This document shows positions 55,868-64,000 of a stretch of DNA of 64,000 nt, one piece after another (within the stretch, counting starts at the first letter, position 1; the number at the start of each line of letters is the position of its first letter). A model generated the notes under the pieces. That model had not been told where the DNA came from, did no database searches, and saw only the letters and a list, made by a program, of their open reading frames with translations. A program made the translations under genes and the position numbers. Source of the stretch: Eledone cirrhosa (lineage: Eukaryota). The stretch lies in NCBI GenBank assembly GCA_964016885.1, contig OZ024740.1, forward strand, positions 119,598,001 to 119,662,000, in the 5' to 3' direction.

Positions 55868-56386
55868 TTAGGTAATAAACAACATAAGATAATTATTTCA
55901 TTATTTCATTTCTTGAAAGCAGATATTATCTCTGTTTTCAGTCGTCAGAATGAATTAAAAAAATATGGTGTTGTTATGAAATATGGATTTGAAAACAAAA
56001 ATATTCAAGAAATATGAAAGGGAGGCTGAGAAACAAACGGACGAAAAAGAAGGGTAGAAAAAATATATAAATAAATATATATAAAAAAAACAATAAATAT
56101 CCAGAACGTAAGCAGACACACTAAAGCACGCACATATACTTAAAAGGTAAGAAGACGCATACTTTATAACATAAGCGTATTAGCGTTTACAGACAGGAAC
56201 ATAAATACATATACATAAAGTAATAAATAAATAAATGAATAAGAACAAAAAATATACAGTCAACAAAATAGGCAAAAGGGAGACGTATTGACAGCGATAA
56301 GTGTGAGGGGGTGGGGAATAAAGACAATTTAAAAAAGAAACATATACACGGGATGTCCATATACAAATATATATACATAAATATAC

Positions 56387-56422
<36 letters not shown>

Positions 56423-56976
56423 ATGTACATGCATAAATACTCATACACACGTATAAAAACACACACATATATATGCATGTGTGTATATATATATATATAC
56501 ATAAATATATAAAATAAACATATGTACACGCACACACACATGCTTGCAAAAATAAATATACACATACACAACCACACACGTATATATAAAAACATGTATA
56601 CAACCATATTACACACGCAAACACATACATACACAAAAAGGTCTACAATAAAGAGCATAGGTTCATAACCTACGTACATACGTAAACAAATGCGTGCGCG
56701 CGCACACGCACGTAATAAAATCAACGCACGCGTACAAAAACCATACGTAAATCCATACACACAAAAAACAAAAGTATATATACAGCCGCATACACACACA
56801 TATACGTAACCACATACATATAACCATATAAATATAATAAACATATACAAACACACACACATATATATATATAAACAAACACACATATATACGTATATAT
56901 ACACACACACATACATATATATACCTACACACATATATATATATATACAAACACATACATATATATATACACACGT

Positions 56977-57013
<37 letters not shown>

Positions 57014-57835
57014 CACACGTACACATACACACACAGACACACACGTACAATAAAAAATCAAAATACTATAAATGTATGTACACATAAGCCTGACTACATA
57101 AGCGCCCGCACACAACCCTATATAAGTACAATAAAAGAGCTAGTAGGTAAGTAAGGACAAAAGGGGAGTTAAACTGAAATAAAATAATAAACACAATTAT
57201 TAAGAACAGGTAAGGGAAAATAGTGTTGTAAAAGGATTGTGATGAGATCTAGATACGAGTATCTGGTTAAAAAGTGAACTGAGTAAAGTATAAAGGTGGT
57301 GGGTGTGTATGTGTAAAAGGTAAGGTAGAAAATAGGGGGGGGGGGTTATAAGGCACTGAACAAAATTATAAAATATAAATAAAAAGGTATATAGAAGGTG
57401 ATGAGGGAGAAACAGTATATATAGGTAGAAAGTATGAGTTCATAAGATTCGTGGTGAGTGGAAGGCGTGATGAGTAAAGAAGAAGCTCAAGCTGGTTGAG
57501 TAATCGTAGGAATGTTAATCCAGTTAAATAGTAGATGCGATTTCAGATGTGGATAACATCTAAAGATCTCGGTCTTAGAGTTGAGGCAAGTGGAAGGGCC
57601 TTTCAAGAATTCTAAATTTTTCCGTGGAGAATTCTAAATTTTTCCGTGGTGCACAAAGAACATTTATTTGTGCCTCTTTGTTATTCGCTTGAATGGTCTA
57701 AAATAGACCAATCAATAGTATCCGGAATGTTTTTGTCTGTAAATTCCGACACTTTACTTGCCAGCGCCGTTGCAGTTTATTTATCAGGGTATTTAAAAGA
57801 AGCATCATGTGCATAATATCTTGTTCTGAATCGCA
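55868..57835 (-). mobile_element. Penelope-like element 3' remnant (GIY-YIG C-terminus, long 3' region, hammerhead at 55897-55954)
   Basis: RFRTRYYAHDASF...TALASKV...IDWSILD...CSLCTTEKFRIL; ttcatt-CTGACGA-cTGAAAACAGA..TCTGCTTTCAa-GAAA. Confidence 0.75.
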
Positions 57836-57844
57836 TATATATAT

Positions 57845-60645
57845 AGTATAAAAGAGAAAACACAGGTAAGCATTAAAAAGGATTTATCCAGGTATTTACG
57901 ACCGTTTCGTTGGTAACTGCAACCTTATATTGCTATATGCAAATAGGAACTACTCAATAATAATTGTTGTTCACGTCCAAATTTTCAAAGTAGTGAGTAA
58001 GTTACTCTTAAAAAGTTTTTAATATACAGAAAAACATTTTTTTGGAATTGTATTTACATAGAGAGAGAGAGGAAGAGGAATTAGAAAGTGGAGAGACAAA
58101 CGGAATAGTATAGAGAGAGAGGAAGGGGGATAAGAATTAGGAAGTAGAGTGACAAACTGAGATGGGGGGGGGGGGTAGAGGTGGAAGGATTCCTTGATCA
58201 GTTTTGATACGTAGACTTCATGTCGTCGATTTATAGTGTAGTGAGTTAAAGAGAATTAAATGGTTTATAGTGGGAGGGATGGAGAGAGAGGGATGAGGGG
58301 GAGATAGAGAGATAAATATATATAAAAAAAATAAAAATAAAGAAGGGGAGAGAAAGAAGAAAAGAAAAGATAGCCAAAAAGGGGAGAGAAGAAAACGAAA
58401 AGAAATAGAAAAGGAATGAAGGAGAAGGGAGGGATATAGGTCTTGGTTTTTGTGGGTAATTAAAGGGGTTAGATACAATAAGAGGGTAGAAAGTCTAAGT
58501 ATATGCAGTTTGTCAGGTGGTAGTAAGAGGTTAAGGGTTCGATTTGCATTTGTAATGCGAAAACTTTTCTTTGAGTCTATGGTTACAATAAATTGATCTT
58601 TCGATTTTATTGTTGAGTAACTTATTCTTCGAACTCAAAATGTGGAACAGCTCAAGGCTACATAATCGACAGCTTCTCATACCACTCCGATATGGGGGCG
58701 CGTTCGATAATGTTTTCCCCTTCAGGGTGTATTGATGGTTACTTTCCCTCAGTTGCCAGGTCTTGTTTGCAAGGGTAGTTACATAACAATGCTGGGAATG
58801 TTTATTTGCGTAACGGTGCACAGTACTACAATACCGCACTAGACAAGACAGGCCACTTAGATAGAGTAGAATATATAGATGAGAGCCTCCGCAAAGCGCA
58901 CACGTACACGCATAACACAAACTCCAGATACACGCACACACGCATAGAACTACAAACTATACTGTAAATAGAAATATAACATCGAAATCAAGCAAGTCAC
59001 GCAGTAGAAAATATATTTGTTTATAACCCCATATTTAACACCTCTATTAGTACTAACCTACACTCTACCTTCTTTAGAATAATAAATAAGCACTTTCCAG
59101 ATTCACATAGATACGGCAAAATCCTTAACACTAAATCTATTAGACTATCTTACTCCACGGCACCAAACATAGAGGCACACATTAAGATGCTTAACGCTAA
59201 AAAGATACATAACAACACCAGAACACAATTTATAACAATAACAATACAATCACCATTGAACACAACAGAATATCTAATACACAACCACCCACTAATAGGC
59301 AAACAAAACGTAACACACTTGTACAGGCATCGCAGCCCACCAATAATGCCAAAGTTGCTCATGACAAGAATTATAACTGCCACCTACCTGAAACCTGTCC
59401 ATTACATAATGAATGTATGCAGTCTAACCTGGTTTACAAATGCACAGTAGAATCAGACAATCAGAAATGGTATTACATCGGAGCGACTGGGAATACATTT
59501 AAAGCCCGTTGGTATACACATCGTTACGCAATGAAACATTCCCAGCATCGTTATGTAACTACCCTTGCAAACAAGACCTGGCAACTGAGGGAAAGTAACC
59601 ATCAATACACCCTGAAGTGGAAAAATTATCGAACGCGCCCCCATATCGGAATGGTATGAGAAGCTGTTGATTATGTGACCTTGAGCTGTTCCACATTTTG
59701 AGTTCGAAGAATAAGTTACTCAACAATAAAATCCAAAGATCAATTTATTGTAACCATAGACCTAAAGAAAAGTTTTCGCACTACAAGTGCAAATCGAACC
59801 CTTAACCTCTTACTACCACCTGACAAACTGCATATACTTAGACTTTCTACCCTCTTATTGTATCTAACCCCTTTATTTACCCACAAAACCAATACCTATA
59901 TCCCTCCCTTCTCCTTCATTCCTTTTCTATTTCTTTTCTTTTTTTCTGTCCTCTTTTTGGCTATCTTTTCTTTTCTTCTTTCTCTCCCCCCCCCCCCCTT
60001 CTTTATTTTAATTTTTATTTTTTATATATATATATTTATCTCTCTATCTCCCCCCTCCTCTCTCTCTCTCTCTCCATGCCTCCCACTATAAACAATTTAA
60101 TTCTATTTAACTCACTACACTATAAATCGACGACATGAAGTCTACGTATCAAAGCTGATCAAGGAATCCTTCCACCTGCTACCCCTCCCTCCATCTCAGT
60201 TTGTCACCCTACTTCCTAATTCTTCTCCCCTTTCCTCTCTCTCTATACTATTCCGTTTGTCCCTCCACTTTCTAATTCCTCTTCCTCTCTCTCTATACTA
60301 GTAAATACAAATCCAAAAAAATGTTTTTATATATATTAAGAACTTTTTAAGAGTAACTTACTATTTTGAAAATTTGGATTTGAACAACAATTATTATTGA
60401 GTGGCTGCTATTTGCAGTATAGCAATATAAGGTTGCACTTACCAATGAAACGGTCGTAAATACCTGGATAAAATCCTTTTTAATGCTTACCTGTGTTTTC
60501 TCTTTTATACTTTATACTCCAAGATTGAACGGAATTCTTACAAACTTGTGGAGTTACCCCTAACCGTACGTTGAAACCGTCCATGAGACTGGCTTTCTTA
60601 ACCACGAACTGGATCACAATAAGCAATTTTCTGCTTCCCTAACTA
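57845..60645 (+). mobile_element. 5'-truncated Penelope-like element with a ~975-bp inverted pseudo-LTR
   Basis: Arms 57845-58819 and 59517-60511; ORF remnant INKHFPDSHRYGKILNTKSIRLSYSTAPN, NLVYKCTV...YYIGATGNTFKARWYTH (GIY-YIG) and CxLCxLE. Confidence 0.92.
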
Positions 60646-61859
60646 TATATATATATATATATATATGAACATCCCGTATGAGTTAGACAAGGTCAGCCAA
60701 CCGAACACTACCCACAACAGGACAACCCGTCTAACCCATGCTAGCGTGGAAGAACAGATGTAAAACGGTGATGATGATTATATGTATACATAAATATGCA
60801 TAATTATAAAATCATTGTATTTTTTTAAACTGAAATTTATTTTCACTAGATGTCAATATATAGGATTATTTTTCAATTTTTTATAAACTTTTATACAAGA
60901 ATGGTTAGTTTGAAAAATCAATTTTAATTTACATTCAGAACAAGAAAAATATTTTCTCTCATCTGCGTGTAACCTATTCAAATAAGATGCCTTGGTAATT
61001 AACACATTGAAGATAAAGTGTGGTTTACACTGTAACATATAGGGAGGTCTACGCAGTGAATTGGCAGACTTGTTAGAATGCTGGATATAATTCTTTGTGG
61101 TTTACATTCCAAGTTTATGCATGATGAATTCAAATACCACGGATATCAACTTTGTTTTTCATCTGTTCGATGTCTATAGAAAAGTACCAGTGTGGTACTT
61201 GAAATGATTGTTTCTCTATAACTCTTTTTAATCCAATTATTTCTGTTTCTCTCTCTCGCTCTCTCTCTCTCTCTTTTTTTATTTTTTATTTGATATAAAA
61301 TAGCTATTTCGAAACTTTGTTAGAGTTAGACTATGCCCAGGACACAATATGTCATGACAAAGTCCATGCATGCATATAGGTTGGGGCTGCTCTCTTGACA
61401 CTCACATGTCCCATCGCTATACTGTAGCACCAGGAATACAATCACACTGTTTCTTTGCTTTGTCTTCTCTATTACCATTACAAGGGCTTCTGCATCTTTA
61501 AACGGACATTTAACTCACCTTCATTTTTTTTACTGTAGCTCACATCCAAATTTTACAATGAACACTTTGCTCAAATTAGAAGTGTGTCTAATTTGAACAA
61601 AATGTTCATAGTAAAGTTTTCTAACATTAACCTCCTGAATTTCAATCTAATCATAAGCTGCATGAACATCAACAATCTTGGAACTTGCAAATAATAGGGA
61701 TGTAACACATTCTATTCAGTGTAAGTAATTATAAAAAGTTTCCCATTGATTACTATTCATTTTAAAGTAAATTTGTCCATTGAAATATGCTTACTCACAA
61801 GAAACTTCAATATTATGTGCTTTCATAAGAAAACGAGTATGTATATACTCATTCTTACA

Positions 61860-62008
61860 CACAAACGTACATACATAAATACATAAATTCATACATGTAT
61901 GCATACACACTCAAATACATTCATACATACATTATAAACATACATACATACATACATACATACATACATACATACATACATACATACATACATACATACA
62001 TACATACA
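61860..62008. repeat. (TACA)n microsatellite
   Basis: Directly visible. Confidence 0.95.
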
Positions 62009-64000
62009 CTGAAATTGAAAAGGAAACATACCAATTGCTTTTTCACAAGATACTTGTGTTAAAGAATTTTAAATTCATAATTAGACAAAGTAAATATTGG
62101 AATATTTTCAAACTAGATGCTGTGATCTAGAATTGGATTAGGAACAAGCTGTTGTTCTATTGACATCTATTATTGGCTTCCATACAATATACTGCATTGA
62201 ATTATTCTTTCATTTTACTGTTAATTGGAACTACTTGATTTAAATATATGCTGTTCAAGTGAAAACAATGTAAATAAGTAAATTATTGAATTAATAAAGT
62301 AAATCAAACAAAATTCTAACATTATTTTCTAGCTTATTATTTTTTGTAATGTTACCTTTATTTTAAAACAATGTTAATTGTTGTCATTTCTTGCTTTGAA
62401 TTCTTCAATTCTAAATGAATTCTTTGTTAATATTCTTTGTAAAACTTTTAATTTAGTTTTGTTGTGCAATGTTTCCATCTTTTATGATATACATGTGAGT
62501 TTGAAATAACTTAGTAAATAGAAAAGGAAAAATTTACGTTTATGGTCTGACTTATTTTCTGTTGAGTAATTATATTGGGTTTGCACGTCTTTACTTTTTC
62601 ATCTTATTTAGTAAAACAATTTATCACTGATAATGAAATTAAACTGTGGAACATTGTGTATAAAGGGAGTTAAATTTTAATTTTATATCCATCCTCCAAG
62701 TGAACCTAGGTGGAATATGTAGTGGTAAAATTTATTAACATATTGTTGGTGCAATAGATTTTATTCTCTTATTAGTAACCACTCATTCATGAAATAGGAG
62801 CAGTATCTGCAAGTCTCATAACTGTGGTTACTTCGGTCTGTCTTAGTTGAATGATTAGCAGTCTGAAGATCATTCAGCTGTTAAAATGTTCCAAAACAAG
62901 CGGTTCAATAATATGCAAATGTAGAAATTTACAAAAACCTATATTAGCATGAAAAAATAGTTTTAAGCCAATAAAAAAGTCTAACAGATATTTATATATT
63001 ATAAACTAGCAGATGTAGATGAATCGTTATCATAAAATTGTACATTTCACATTTCAGTACTATTTATTCACTCTATGTAAATTTTGGTATTTAAATTGTT
63101 TATTACACATCTAAATTTTCGATAACTGTGTTTGGTTTTGTAGTTTGGTACAGTGTGTTTTACATAGAAACATAACAGAAAGAATAGATATAAACTAGAC
63201 ATTAAATATATATGCACCATCCCATAACATGCTAAAATTTTGTTCGAAACTGAATTTCCCCATCATTTTATCAGATAAATTCCATTTCGTCCTTGATGCA
63301 GCTGTGACCTCTGATGTCTCTAGTTCCTGGATTAACACTTTTCCCCAACAAATCAGGTTGTGTGGGTTCATTATTGTGGAAGGTTCTCTGGGAAGCAGAT
63401 TGATTGATACAGCAGATATTGCAGGCAGTTTATATAAAGTTTATTTACTAAAGTGACTATTGTAAAATTTGACTTAAGGATTTCTAACTTTGGCACAAGG
63501 ACATGCATTTGTGGTAAAGGAAAATCAATTATATTGATCACTAGTATGTAGCTGGTACCATATTTTATTGACTTCCAAAATGTGTAATGGAAAGTTAGCA
63601 AGATTTAAATTAAAAACATAAAGAGACATAGACAAATACCTATATACATATTATCTTAATACTATTGATCAATCATGTGGGAAACTAATAGGACACCATT
63701 TATTTTCTTTAGGTGATTCTTACTAGAAGAATTTTGTAGCCATCACTTTTAGTTAAAAATAGAGTAATAAAGTGTTTTCCATCAAGGAAAAGACACATAT
63801 TTTTATCCTATATTTTTATGAAATTATTGTATGACCAACTCTCTTATTGTTATATACAAAAAACAAACAAAAGAAAAACAGACAATTAAATGAGACAACC
63901 AGCCATCGACCAACCAGCATTTTACTAGAAGCTCCTTTCTTCTTGCTATTTGGTAAAGAAGAGCTAGGAAATAAAAGTAGAAGGAACCTAGACTAAAAAA

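Noticed and set aside
63200-63456. Open frames on both strands in unique sequence
   Set aside because: No recognisable domain or clear splice borders.

Overview
AT-rich eukaryotic (metazoan) non-genic or intronic DNA, dense in (TA)n/(CA)n/(TACA)n microsatellites. The repeat make-up (tRNA-headed CORE-type SINEs, RTE LINEs with (GAT)n tails) resembles octopus genomes; that is an inference. No intact protein-coding gene was found. The window holds four large decayed RTE-clade LINEs plus many 3' fragments, at least three Penelope-like element (PLE) coding remnants, a nested mariner/LINE cluster, a non-autonomous Helitron carrying a 7-copy 91-93 bp array, a hAT-type MITE and SINEs. The main signal is a set of non-coding fold-back (inverted-repeat) and greater-than-unit-length elements set in (TA)n tracts, carrying about nine minimal type I hammerhead ribozyme motifs, often one per strand. 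This looks like a PLE/retrozyme-like system. There are also non-canonical hammerhead-like motifs and a candidate HDV-like ribozyme. All structures were read by eye and none was computed or tested.
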